The notes under the pieces are model-generated. The model was not told where the DNA came from, did no database searches, and worked only from the letters and a program-made list of their open reading frames with translations. From Candidatus Latescibacterota bacterium (GTDB lineage Bacteria > Latescibacterota > UBA2968 > GCA-2709665): a stretch of DNA of 64,000 bases. Position 1 is the stretch's first letter. Every line of letters begins with the position of its first letter. This document shows positions 47,801 through 56,920 of this stretch, piece after piece. The position numbers were made by a program, and so were the translations under genes. The stretch spans positions 5,801,458-5,865,457 of the forward strand of contig OZ241917.1 in assembly GCA_965203805.1 (NCBI GenBank), written 5' to 3'.

Positions 47801-49383
47801 CTGGGAAAGGTACGTACGAATCCCTTGAGCCCGCGCATACGGTCATCGGGATTGAGTCGGTAGTCGGGGATGAGCGTCGGGTCGTTCAGGGCAATGTCGA
47901 GTACGCCGGTAATCAGGCGGATCTGTTTTGCGAGGTTTTCAAAGTTCATCCCTTCCGGCGTGTCCAGGGGCGTATCGACCCGGAAGCGTGCGTCGTTCAA
48001 TGTGACCAGGGACAGGGCGAGGGTGCCGGCTTCGAGGACGACTTCGCCGTCGGTCTTCAGGTTTGCGCCGGGGATGAACATATCCCATGTCATACCGCCG
48101 GTGGGGTTGATGCCGTCCAGCAGCGCCTGATTCGGGTCGAGGCCGAAAGCCGGTGCGATCGCCTGCGAAATGCGGACGAATTCCTTGCCGAACGGTGTGA
48201 AGAACCGGTTGTAGTAGAAGTTGCGCGTGCTGTTCCAGACACCGATCTGAGCGGTCTGGCTCGAGAGGTCCAGGCCAATGAAGAGACGAATATCTATGGG
48301 GTCGGTCATCAGGGCGGCGAAGTGCCTTTCCTTTCTGGCGTGGCGGCCCAGAAAATCGCAGATGCCGCGAAAGCCCAGGTGGTGGGCCGAAGTGGCCAGA
48401 AAGAGTACCGTGCGCCCCGGGGGATATCGCTTGAAGTAGTTGACCAGTTCCAGAAGGGCGACGGCGCCGCTTGCCATCTCGGCGCCGGGGGCAAGCGCGG
48501 GGACGACGGACATGGCGTCGTAGTACGCGTTGATCACGACGATCTGTTCCTTCAGGTCCGGATCCGTACCCGGCAGGAAACCCAGGATGTTGTGGGCGGT
48601 GTGTTTCTCCCACTCCATTCTCGCCTTCAGTACGATTTCAAGTTCGCCGCGACGTTCCAGCAGCGTCTTTAAAGCCTGCCCCGACTCTTTGTCGATCCAG
48701 AATCGTTCCACGCTGTTCGGCACCTGCAGAAATTTCTGCTCGGCTTCGGTATAGAACGTTGAATCGGGTTCAATGAAGATGATCTGCCCCGCCCCCAGGG
48801 TGGCCGCGTTCAGCCAGTTGTTCCGGGTGTTGAATTCCATGAGAACGGCCGCGCCTTCGAGCGCGTGACCGTTGAAGTCGGCGAATTCCCCGGTTGCGCC
48901 GTAGATCAGTCGCGTGCGGACCCCTTCCCGCGGCAGCGTGGAGGTCTTGACGAGATTCGGCCAGATCGCGTGGATGGGAAACGTGACATTGTCCGGCAAA
49001 AGCGTCAGGCTGCCGCCCCGGTCGACGGGCGAGGTGACGTCGAACGGCTCGGCGCGGACGTCCTGGAGACCGGCGTTTTCGAAATTGCGCCGGATGTACC
49101 CGGCGGCGGCCGCGTGTCCGGGGTAGCCGGGAACTCGTGACCGGTGCTCCGTAAAGCGGGCAACGTGCGCCCTCACGCCGGCGTCCGATACGGTATCGAG
49201 CACGCGAACCGAAGTCGCGCTCGCTTCGGAAACAGACGCGGGGGGCGTGGAAACGGGCGCTTCCAGACCCAGCATGGCGGCGAGGTAGGGGTTGACGCGG
49301 TCCGGTCCAACCGCCAGGCAGAAGAATGCGGCAGCGGTGAGCGAGAGCGTCAGGACGAGTCCGATGTTTCGGACGTTATTCAT
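44848..49383 (-). CDS. Large FtsX/MacB-type ABC permease fused to an N-terminal M28 peptidase-like domain
   Basis: SRVPGYPG, NILG, AYYDAMS..APGAE (M28 fold), NMKRRKLRTVLT and LNTMMGSVYERFREIGVYSAVGLAP (FtsX). Confidence 0.8.
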   Translation of the reverse strand: MNNVRNIGLVLTLSLTAAAFFCLAVGPDRVNPYLAAMLGLEAPVSTPPASVSEASATSVRVLDTVSDAGVRAHVARFTEHRSRVPGYPGHAAAAGYIRRNFENAGLQDVRAEPFDVTSPVDRGGSLTLLPDNVTFPIHAIWPNLVKTSTLPREGVRTRLIYGATGEFADFNGHALEGAAVLMEFNTRNNWLNAATLGAGQIIFIEPDSTFYTEAEQKFLQVPNSVERFWIDKESGQALKTLLERRGELEIVLKARMEWEKHTAHNILGFLPGTDPDLKEQIVVINAYYDAMSVVPALAPGAEMASGAVALLELVNYFKRYPPGRTVLFLATSAHHLGFRGICDFLGRHARKERHFAALMTDPIDIRLFIGLDLSSQTAQIGVWNSTRNFYYNRFFTPFGKEFVRISQAIAPAFGLDPNQALLDGINPTGGMTWDMFIPGANLKTDGEVVLEAGTLALSLVTLNDARFRVDTPLDTPEGMNFENLAKQIRLITGVLDIALNDPTLIPDYRLNPDDRMRGLKGFVRTFPRRSIVPDRPKAGAIAALRMGIDKSVKGVRRTYYDLADENGEFYMPGIAERRVSVSAYFQDPETGEITYAPNYGQQARIYRGDFDMDWWISKRNIILFPCIATDFYDTVDPRYLTKLSQISVYGSGNVTPQEYGYAIGFGPTEPVGTLFTRPGERVKVAMRAGGVAAGSGDIGIRFLLLNAQSAENEEIARGTGYPTLTHGSFARTSFLAARDMWTLNEARKQEMQKYAIENQRLNMLHSRTRLHLDRAEAAMSEKRWDVFMKHTRAALGIESRAYPDVKNTQNDVVRGVVFFMALVIPCAFFTERLIITAVDIRRQIAGFIGIFVLIWLFLSNVHPAFEISNPLVVLLAFVILALAAFVISLVFNRFNETMRRLRVPEVLLHETDVGRVSASLAAFQLGIANMKRRKLRTVLTFTTLLLLTFTVLSFTSIKSALEFRRIPIGTEGPYPGMLIRSKFWGPLEDVVYDYAVTHFGESAIAAPRSWYYTREKKIIPVESNNGSAHVLGVLGMTPREPDVTGVHRTLKAGRWFRPGESACILPEKIAELLGVDPGRPEASSVRVFGESLPVIGLIDAGAFSELKDLDEEPLSPADFKLTDEEAIEQMTTQETREKQGLEQPEVEIMPFEHINPDDILIVPYRFLRQVGSPLQSVALRFDAGSDVESYVKEILSRLSVVLFAGLPDPEGRINVSVFSSLGDTSSRGLSHLFIPILIASLIVLNTMMGSVYERFREIGVYSAVGLAPVHVAFLFIAEACVYAVLGTVSGYLLGQGVAKLLLWQDLLSGVSLNYSARSAVASSALVMAVVILSTLYPARQASLMAVPDVSRRWKIPEPDGDDWRFEFPFTVGGNDVFGLCVFLTDYFDSHSGEAMGAFYTDGAQLYGKGSDDERGYAIRTTLWLAPFDLGVSEELRFEAEPTGQFDIYTLTLTLRRRSGEVASWRRVNQGFMNALRKQFLIWRTVDPAEKAAYGEKGMRMLVSDEQESKPV

Positions 49384-49487
49384 AGGGAGTTCACGCCGGG
49401 ATCTTCCGAATCCCGGCATCCTGTCGGCGGCGGCGATTCAATCCGTACACCGGGCACGATGAAGCGGGAACCGCCCGTCGCCGTCGA

Positions 49488-51494
49488 TCAGAAGCGATGA
49501 ACGCTGTGGCCGCGTTCGGGGAACCAGAAGACGTCGATGAACGCGGAGAGGGCTACGCCCAGTATGTAACCGGCGAGCAGGCCGATAAAAAGCGGGCGGG
49601 ACTTCCGGTACACGGAGGGACCGCCCATTTTCAACATCACCAGTTTGACAATCCAGGCCAGCAAAATGGTCATGCTGGTTCGCCGCGCGAGATACGAACC
49701 GGAGATGGCCAGTCCGACCGGATGCAGCGGCCACCAGACGAAGCGATGCCGCAGGAAGATCAGCAGAAGCGTGGCCAGGCCGCCCAGGCCGAAGAACACC
49801 ATGTAGTCCGGATGTTCCCGGTAAACAGGCAGTTCGGGTTTTTTCGTAAGGAAGTTCTTGACGGACGTCGCGGTGCCTTCGAAATGTTTGGGGCCCGCCC
49901 GCACGATTTCCCAGGAGTTGAAATTGTAGGCGCCGTCCCGGTATCCCAGTTGGATCGTGAGCAGAACGCTCGCGACAAAACTGACCAGAAAGGCCAGAAC
50001 AACGGCATACATGAGACGTCGGCGGCCGCCCCGCACGCCCTCCGCAACGCGTCCGGCGTGTGCAAGTGCGGGCAGGAACAGCCCTTTGAAGTGGGAGGTG
50101 ATCCTGGATGAGAACCGGAGGGCGACTCGCGTCGTTTCGTTGACGTTCGATGACCCGATGAAAGGCGATACGAGACCCCACGGGCCCGCGGGCACATTGG
50201 TGTACGGCATGCCGGTCTCCGCGAGAATCTTGGCCAGGCCGACGTATGTGAAGATGACCGCCGGAAGGAGCAAGGCCGCCAGAAGCGGGTCGAAGCCGAT
50301 GCGTGAAAGCCAGAGCCACATGAAAGCGAGACCCACGAGCATGGCCACAACCGCCGTACGGCAGGAGAGCGGTTCGTCGCGGTCGTCCATCGGATGGTCC
50401 CTGTTCCAGGCCTTGCGGAGTACATCCCTGATGTGGCGTCTGGCAACCCAGAAAACAGAAGCGGCCAGCATGGCGAACGCGCCCTTGGTCTGCCAGTAGT
50501 AGACCCCCCGGTAATAGTATGGCGATATGGCCGTAAACCCCCGGCGGTGCAGCCAGCCGCCTTCGACGATGAACAGCAGGTCGAAGAACCATATACTGAA
50601 CAAAACGTCCAGGCTGGCGAAATAAGAGAAAAAGATAGTAAACAGACCCAGGAATCCAAAGGCAGGCGGATATTGACGGTCGATCCAGTACCATCTGCCG
50701 CGATAGACCGGAAACCGCGGAAAGCCGGGCAGGAAATAATTGATGCAGTTCCAGGCGATCATCCCGAAAGCCAGACCGAAGCCGATCCAGAACAGGTAAT
50801 TCTTCGTGAAATCCGGCAGCGCGAATCTGCCGCTGCCGGGTGCTTCCGCCATGTGAATCAGCGGCGCCATGGCCGGAAAGGCCAGTCGTTCGTTCTGCAC
50901 CCATTGTCTGCGAAATACGACGGCGACACAGGCCAGGACCACAAATGCCGCCATAATGAACGTCGTCCACCAGAGCAGGGGCAGCAGCCACGCGTCCCAG
51001 GGGATCTGCGCGCCTTTGGGCGCGCCTTCGAAAAACCAGGTGACCGCCTTGTTTTCGTCGGAGGGGATCAGCCACGGATTGATGTACGGATGCAGGTACG
51101 TATGCCATTCGTTGACTTCGGTGGCGAAATAATACGGCGTTGCGATGTATCCGAGCAGATATCCGCTCAGGCCGAAACCCGGTACGGCCGCGCCGACGAT
51201 GCCCATCGCCAGAATGGTGTGCCATTCCGGCGATGACAGCTTCCACGGGGAAAATCGTGCGATCAATGCGCCGATGACGATCATCAGCACATACACGATG
51301 AGCATCGCCATCGGGACATGGCTGTAGGTCATCAACGAGCCATGCACGACGTACCGGAGGTGGATCGCCAGGGCGTCCAGGGCCACGACCAGTACCAGTC
51401 CCGAAAGCACGGATCGGACGGTGACGCCGCGGGTTGGTTCAGCGGATGCCGCTGTCGTTACGAAGGTGCCGGCTGTACGCTCCGGGTTGGCCAT
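49488..51494 (-). CDS. DUF6785/DUF6784-like polytopic membrane protein
   Basis: RRQWVQNERLAFP, WWPLHPVG, GGPSVYRKSRPLFIGL and many TM helices. Confidence 0.72.
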   Translation of the reverse strand: MANPERTAGTFVTTAASAEPTRGVTVRSVLSGLVLVVALDALAIHLRYVVHGSLMTYSHVPMAMLIVYVLMIVIGALIARFSPWKLSSPEWHTILAMGIVGAAVPGFGLSGYLLGYIATPYYFATEVNEWHTYLHPYINPWLIPSDENKAVTWFFEGAPKGAQIPWDAWLLPLLWWTTFIMAAFVVLACVAVVFRRQWVQNERLAFPAMAPLIHMAEAPGSGRFALPDFTKNYLFWIGFGLAFGMIAWNCINYFLPGFPRFPVYRGRWYWIDRQYPPAFGFLGLFTIFFSYFASLDVLFSIWFFDLLFIVEGGWLHRRGFTAISPYYYRGVYYWQTKGAFAMLAASVFWVARRHIRDVLRKAWNRDHPMDDRDEPLSCRTAVVAMLVGLAFMWLWLSRIGFDPLLAALLLPAVIFTYVGLAKILAETGMPYTNVPAGPWGLVSPFIGSSNVNETTRVALRFSSRITSHFKGLFLPALAHAGRVAEGVRGGRRRLMYAVVLAFLVSFVASVLLTIQLGYRDGAYNFNSWEIVRAGPKHFEGTATSVKNFLTKKPELPVYREHPDYMVFFGLGGLATLLLIFLRHRFVWWPLHPVGLAISGSYLARRTSMTILLAWIVKLVMLKMGGPSVYRKSRPLFIGLLAGYILGVALSAFIDVFWFPERGHSVHRF

Positions 51495-51623
51495 GGTTCG
51501 GCCTCGTGTTTCAGAGTCTGGGCGTTTTCGAAAGCGGATGGCGTTCCGGCCGTGTGTTCTGATTCGACCGGTACGCGCGACCTGGCGTCACAGTTCTGCC
51601 CATTGCAAATAATCGCAACTGTC

Positions 51624-51652
51624 TTGACATCCAGGTGCCGTTTTGTTAGATT
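51624..51652 (+). promoter_or_regulatory. Promoter of tRNA-Phe
   Basis: TTGACA-17bp-TAGATT. Confidence 0.65.
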
Positions 51653-51699
51653 TGCGCGTTTGTCGCACAGTTGCAGTTACGCGATCTTCCGTAAGACGG

Positions 51700-51775
<76 letters not shown>

Positions 51776-51805
51776 TTTTTTCTGCAGGATACCCTCGAGG
51801 GCGAC

Positions 51806-51985
51806 ATGGCCGTTCCCGAAATCATCGTGAACCGCGACCGGTTGATTGAACTGGTGCAGGAAGGCCGTACGCCTGAACAAATCGCCGAAATGTTCCGCGT
51901 TGACGCCGCCGTTATACGGGAGCTGATCCGCCGTCTGGAGCAGAACGGGTATTACGACCTTCTTCATGGATCACAAGCGCCTTAG
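51806..51985 (+). CDS. Small (59 aa) helix-turn-helix protein
   Basis: GAGG RBS. LIELVQEGRTPEQIAEMFRVDAAVIRELIRRL is HTH-like. Confidence 0.6.
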   Translation: MAVPEIIVNRDRLIELVQEGRTPEQIAEMFRVDAAVIRELIRRLEQNGYYDLLHGSQAP

Positions 51986-52112
51986 CAGTCCGTGATTCCT
52001 GTTGCGGAACGGCGCGCGAATCGGACTCTGGAAACGACTGAAGTGTCCGGCATACACGAAAAGGCGTTCGTCGTTCAAGACGGACGCCTCGTTTTTTGTG
52101 CGCTGACTTCTG

Positions 52113-52901
52113 TCAATTGCTCAGTTCTTCAATATCCAATCCTTCGATCCGTCCTTCCTGAATATCGATTTCATCACGCCTGCGAACCAGTTCCACCTGT
52201 CCGTCGCGCAGGTCCACGACGCGGTCGGACGCGACCAGCATCTTGTGGTCATGCGTGTTGGTGACGATGGTGACCCCGCTCTCCGATTGGAGTCTTTGCA
52301 GCAACTCGATGATCTCCTGTCCGGTTTTCAGGTCCAGGTTGCCGGTGGGTTCGTCCGCGAGAACCAGGTCGGGGTCGTTGGCAATGGCTCGGGCGATGGC
52401 CACGCGCTGCTGCTGGCCCCCCGAGAGTTCGTACGGGTTGTGGCGAAGACGCTCTCCCAGACCCACCAGTGACAGCTTGTGGGCGGCCTTCTCCTCGTAT
52501 TCCGATTTCTTCATTCCCGAAAAAACCATGGGCAGCGCGACATTTTCCAGAGCCGTCATGACCGGGATGAGATTGAAACTCTGGAATATATAGCCGATAT
52601 TGTGGCACCGGAGGTACGCAATTTGCGACTGGCTGAGGCTTCCCATTTCGATCGCGTTGACCACGACCGTGCCCTTTGTGGGTCGGTCCAGGGCCCCGAC
52701 CATATTGAATAGCGTCGTCTTTCCGGAGCCGGAGGGTCCCATAATGGAGAGGTATTCGCCCCGGATAACGTCGAGAGAGACGCCGCGAAGCGCGTGGACT
52801 TCCTGGTCTCCCATGGCGTAGGTCTTCCAGACGTCGTGCACCTCAATGATATGATCTTCACTTTCCGGCCCGGCGGATCGGGCATTGGGCGCCGACGCCA
52901 T
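52113..52901 (-). CDS. ABC transporter ATP-binding protein (LolD/MacB type)
   Basis: GPSGSGKT, LSGGQQQRVAIARA, LADEPTGNLD, TH. Confidence 0.95.
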   Translation of the reverse strand: MASAPNARSAGPESEDHIIEVHDVWKTYAMGDQEVHALRGVSLDVIRGEYLSIMGPSGSGKTTLFNMVGALDRPTKGTVVVNAIEMGSLSQSQIAYLRCHNIGYIFQSFNLIPVMTALENVALPMVFSGMKKSEYEEKAAHKLSLVGLGERLRHNPYELSGGQQQRVAIARAIANDPDLVLADEPTGNLDLKTGQEIIELLQRLQSESGVTIVTNTHDHKMLVASDRVVDLRDGQVELVRRRDEIDIQEGRIEGLDIEELSN

Positions 52902-52963
52902 AGCGGCTTCTCCTTAAAAACAGCTTCCTTATGTTTTGCTTGGATTTTGTAGATAGCCCGCGT

Positions 52964-52992
52964 ATGTTAGAGAAAATGAGTGCTTCTGTCAA
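52964..52992 (-). promoter_or_regulatory. Promoter of the ABC ATPase
   Basis: TTGACA-17bp-TAACAT. Confidence 0.6.
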
Positions 52993-53070
52993 GCATTTTG
53001 TCGAACCCGGGATGACGTGGTACTCTATAGCAAAGCCCGGATTCAGGTTGGACGCCGGGAGGTGCCGTCA

Positions 53071-53898
53071 ATGAAGCTTGCAGTGTGTAATGAGTTTTTC
53101 GAAGGCTGGCAAATCGAACGGGTTTTTGACTATGCCGCGCGGATCGGATGCGACGGCGTCGAGATTGCGCCGTTCACCCTGGCGGAGACGGTCCACGACA
53201 TTTCGCCCGGCAGCAGGCGGGACATTCGCCGGGCTGCCGAAGCGGCCGGTGTTGAGATCGTGGGTCTGCATTGGCTGCTGGTGAAACCCGCCGGTCTGTA
53301 CATCAACCACCCGGACAGGCGGGTCCGGCAGCGCACGCAGGACTACGTGAAGGCGTTGATAGACTTCTGCGGCGATCTTGGGGGCGAAGTGATGATTCAC
53401 GGCTCGCCCCAGCAGCGGAATATCCAGGAGGGATGGGACCCCGGCGACTGTTTCGCCCGGGCTGTCGAACTGTTCGCCGGGTGCTCGGACCTGATGTCCG
53501 ATCGTGGCGTCACGTATTGCATCGAGCCGTTGACGGATCAGGAGACCAACTTCGTAACCAGTGTGGGCGAGGCCCTTAAGCTGGTGGAGGCCGTGGGACA
53601 TCCGAATTTTCAGACGATGGTGGACTGCCGTGCGGCGGCGGCGGCGGCCGCGTCCCATACGGAAGTGATTGCACGGGCCGGAAGCGCCATGCGGCACGTC
53701 CATGTCAACGACCCCAATCTGCGCGGGCCCGGATTCGGGGACCTTCGGTTCGCGCCGATTCTGAAGGCGCTGAAGGATCGGAGATACAACGGTTACGTAT
53801 CGGTGGAAGTATTCGATTTCGAACCGGACCCGGAAACGATCGCCGCGCGCAGCATCGGCTATCTGAAGGGGATTCTCGAAGCGCTTGAGGCGGAATGA
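53071..53898 (+). CDS. Sugar phosphate isomerase/epimerase (ketose 3-epimerase-like TIM barrel)
   Basis: GVEIAP, IEPL..ETN, D, HVHVND, GPG.G, VSVEVF. Confidence 0.85.
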   Translation: MKLAVCNEFFEGWQIERVFDYAARIGCDGVEIAPFTLAETVHDISPGSRRDIRRAAEAAGVEIVGLHWLLVKPAGLYINHPDRRVRQRTQDYVKALIDFCGDLGGEVMIHGSPQQRNIQEGWDPGDCFARAVELFAGCSDLMSDRGVTYCIEPLTDQETNFVTSVGEALKLVEAVGHPNFQTMVDCRAAAAAAASHTEVIARAGSAMRHVHVNDPNLRGPGFGDLRFAPILKALKDRRYNGYVSVEVFDFEPDPETIAARSIGYLKGILEALEAE

Positions 53899-53939
53899 GG
53901 GTTCGGGCGGTTATTTCCGGGCCCCGACTCCGCCCGGGA

Positions 53940-55376
53940 TCAGAAGTCGCCCGTGCCTTCATCGGCGACCGGCGTGAGCCGCAGGACGGTTCCCGGGTTG
54001 TTCAGGACGACGTAGATGGCGCCGTCCGGCCCGCTCGCCACGTCACGTACGCGGCCGGCGTTCTTGAGGATGGTTTCCTGGTAGATCACGCGGTCGTTTT
54101 CGATCGCGAGGAGGCGGACCTCCTCAAACGCGAGGGCGCCTACGAGCAGCCGGTTCTTCCAGCGCGCGAAACGGTTGCCGCGGTAGAAGTCGATGCCGCA
54201 CACGGCGATGGAGGGACGCCAGAACAGGACCGGTTGTTCGAGGCCGGGCTTTCGCTCGAACTCCGAGACCGGGGTGCCGTTGTAGTTCCGGCCGTATGTG
54301 ATTGCCGGCCATCCGTAGTTGACGCCTGCCCGTATGAGATTGATTTCGTCCCCGCCCATGGGCCCGTGCTCGCTCTCCCATAGGGCGCCCGTAACCGGAT
54401 GAACGGCCAGGCCCTGCGGGTTGCGCTGGCCGAAGCTGAACACGGTCGGAAGGGCGCTTTCCGTCTCCAGGAAAGGGTTGTCGGCGGGAATCCGGCCGTC
54501 CCGGTGGATGCGGTGGATCTTGCCGCCGGGGTGGCTCAGGTCCTGTGCGTAACGGGGAATTCCCCGGTCTCCAACCGGAAAATAGAGATAACCGGCCGGA
54601 TCGAATGCAATGCGGCAGCCGTAGTGGTGCCGGGTTCTGCCATAGGTCTCGTGCGGTGCTTCGTAAATGACCTGCTGATCGGCCCAGGCGTTATTCTTGA
54701 GACGACCCCGGACGAGGCGCGTCATCGCGGGTGGGCGGCCGGCGCCGGCGGTGTCCGTGAGTGCGTGGCTGTACGCGAGATAGATCCAGCCGTTCTCATT
54801 GTATTCAGGGTCGACGGCCACGTCCATCAGCCCGCCCTGCCCCTGATGCAAAACCCGGGGCGTATCCGATACGGGATCCGGACGCAGCACGCCGTTTTTC
54901 ACCACGCGAAGCCTGCCGGGTCGCTCGGTGATGAGTGCGGTGTCGTTATCGGGGAAGTCGATCGACCAGGGAATCCGAAGGCCCTCCACCCAGCGTTCAA
55001 CCCGAATACGATAGTCGTAGGTGTCGAGGGTGTCAGGAATGGGCGGTTTTTTCCCGCCTGCCGATTCTTCGGCATCCCGGATGTATTTCGAGATGGCATT
55101 GATCTGGTTCCGCGCAAGCACGTCTCCGAACGCGGGCATTCCCTGCTGGACGATGCCGAACATGATGTTTCGGGCGATGTTCCCGCGTCCGCCGTAGATC
55201 CAGACGCCGTCGGTCAGACTGGGCGCGGTAACGCCTTCCAGGTTCTGCCCATGACAGGTCGCGCAATACTGGCGATACAGCGCCTGACCGTCGGTCGATG
55301 GTTCGGTGGCCGCGATGGAAGGGCTGCAAAAGGCGGATATGGCGCCCAGCAGAAAACCGGCCGACACACGGTTCAT
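53940..55376 (-). CDS. PQQ-dependent (soluble GDH-B-like) sugar dehydrogenase with an N-terminal cytochrome c
   Basis: Signal peptide, CATCH, GQGGLMD, GQRNPQG, EHGPMGGDEIN, GRVRDV. Confidence 0.88.
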   Translation of the reverse strand: MNRVSAGFLLGAISAFCSPSIAATEPSTDGQALYRQYCATCHGQNLEGVTAPSLTDGVWIYGGRGNIARNIMFGIVQQGMPAFGDVLARNQINAISKYIRDAEESAGGKKPPIPDTLDTYDYRIRVERWVEGLRIPWSIDFPDNDTALITERPGRLRVVKNGVLRPDPVSDTPRVLHQGQGGLMDVAVDPEYNENGWIYLAYSHALTDTAGAGRPPAMTRLVRGRLKNNAWADQQVIYEAPHETYGRTRHHYGCRIAFDPAGYLYFPVGDRGIPRYAQDLSHPGGKIHRIHRDGRIPADNPFLETESALPTVFSFGQRNPQGLAVHPVTGALWESEHGPMGGDEINLIRAGVNYGWPAITYGRNYNGTPVSEFERKPGLEQPVLFWRPSIAVCGIDFYRGNRFARWKNRLLVGALAFEEVRLLAIENDRVIYQETILKNAGRVRDVASGPDGAIYVVLNNPGTVLRLTPVADEGTGDF

Positions 55377-55433
55377 AATTCCTCCTGACGGCTTGTCGAT
55401 GCGCGCGTTTCGCGTCTCTTGCGCAGCGGCTCG

Positions 55434-56483
55434 ATGAACACTACTGGGAATCCTGTGAAAAAACCGGTACAACCCGTGGACGTCGCCGTAATCGGCCCGG
55501 GCCGGATGGGCGGACTCTACGCCCGACTCCTCCGCCAGGCGGCGTTGACCAGGCTGGTTGCGGTGTGCGGCCGGGGGAAGGCCGCCGTCAGGAACGTTGC
55601 AACGGAATTGAACGTTCCGTACTACACCGGCGCCCGTTACCGCGACATGCTCTCCGACCATCCGCAGATCGAAGCGGTGATCGTTGCCACCTCCGAATGG
55701 GCGCACGCCGATCCCGTCGCGGCCTGCCTGAATTCCGGAAAGCACGTGCTTGTAGAAAAGCCGATGGCAACGACCCCTTCCGCTGCCGCCCGGATGGTCC
55801 GGGACGCGGACCGGAACGGCGTGCGCCTGATGGTATGCCACAGCCTGCGTTTCGATCCGAGGTTCGCCGCCATGCGGGAAGCCGTCGTGAGCGGCGAAAT
55901 CGGCCAGGTCCTTCATCTCTACAGCCGGAGGTCCTCCCAACCCGCCGCCGTCGATCGGGTGCTGGGCCGGTTTCCGCTGGCCTATTGGCTGCTGCCGCAC
56001 GACATCGATCTCGCCCTCTGGACGTCGCGAAGCCGGGTCGCCCGGGTCATGGCGTACTCCCGGTCCGGCGGGCGGCGCCGGCAGGACCTGATCGTCGTCG
56101 TCCTGACTTTCGACTGCGGCGCGGTTGCCGTTCTGGAGAATGTATGGGGTTCGCCCACACGGGCCGGACGGCCGCAGAACCAGCTCTTCACCGTACGCGG
56201 CACGACCGGCGCCGTCGAGGTCCTTCCGTACGAAACCGGTCTTGCGGTCTATCACGCCGACGACGTGGAATATCCCGACACCTCCGTCGCACCGGAGGTC
56301 CACGGCCAGACGGAGGGCGCGTCGCGTTCGCTGATCCGGCACTTCGCCGGGGTTGTGCGGAACCTGTGGGAGCCGCTGATCTCGTCGCGCGACGGGCTGG
56401 CCGTCGTGAGGGTCGCTTCCGCGGTGGACGCGTCGCTGAGGGAGGGCCGCGAAATCACCCTGTCACCTGCGGAGGACGCATGA
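55434..56483 (+). CDS. Gfo/Idh/MocA oxidoreductase
   Basis: VAVIGPGRMG, GKHVLVEKP, HDID. Start uncertain. Confidence 0.88.
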   Translation: MNTTGNPVKKPVQPVDVAVIGPGRMGGLYARLLRQAALTRLVAVCGRGKAAVRNVATELNVPYYTGARYRDMLSDHPQIEAVIVATSEWAHADPVAACLNSGKHVLVEKPMATTPSAAARMVRDADRNGVRLMVCHSLRFDPRFAAMREAVVSGEIGQVLHLYSRRSSQPAAVDRVLGRFPLAYWLLPHDIDLALWTSRSRVARVMAYSRSGGRRRQDLIVVVLTFDCGAVAVLENVWGSPTRAGRPQNQLFTVRGTTGAVEVLPYETGLAVYHADDVEYPDTSVAPEVHGQTEGASRSLIRHFAGVVRNLWEPLISSRDGLAVVRVASAVDASLREGREITLSPAEDA

Positions 56484-56863
56484 TCCGATCGATCGAGCAT
56501 ATCGCAATTGTCGCGGCCGATTCCAAAGCGCTCGCCCGGTGGTATTGCGGCATTCTTGATTTCGAGATGATCCTTGAGAACGAAGATAGCCGGACCTATT
56601 TTGTGCGCCTCCCGGGAGGCGGTATCCTGGAATTCCTGCCGTCGAACGACCGGGCGCGCACGGCCGGCGCCGCCGACGACGTGGGCATCCGGCATATTGC
56701 GCTCTCGGTGGATGACTTCGATTCGGCGTGCCGGGTGCTGGAGCGCCGCGGCGCCGCGTTTGTGGGGCCGTACCGGGAGACTTCCGCGGGGACCCGGTTC
56801 AACTTCCTTGCGGATCCCGAAGGCAATCTGCTGCAGATTGTGTACCGGCCCGAGTCCTTGTAA
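56480..56863 (+). CDS. VOC/glyoxalase family protein
   Basis: IEHIAI, HIALSVDD, DPEGNLLQ. GGAGG RBS and ATGA overlap. Confidence 0.85.
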   Translation: MIRSIEHIAIVAADSKALARWYCGILDFEMILENEDSRTYFVRLPGGGILEFLPSNDRARTAGAADDVGIRHIALSVDDFDSACRVLERRGAAFVGPYRETSAGTRFNFLADPEGNLLQIVYRPESL

Positions 56864-56920
56864 CCCGGGTGCCCGGCGTAACGGCGTACCCGCCCGAACC
56901 GTCAACGCAGCGATGCGGCC

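Noticed and set aside
53940-56863. 800-aa (53940-56342) and 432-aa (55565-56863) ORFs at full length
   Set aside because: Their N-terminal extensions overlap the Gfo/Idh/MocA gene. RBS-supported starts are at 55376 and 56480.
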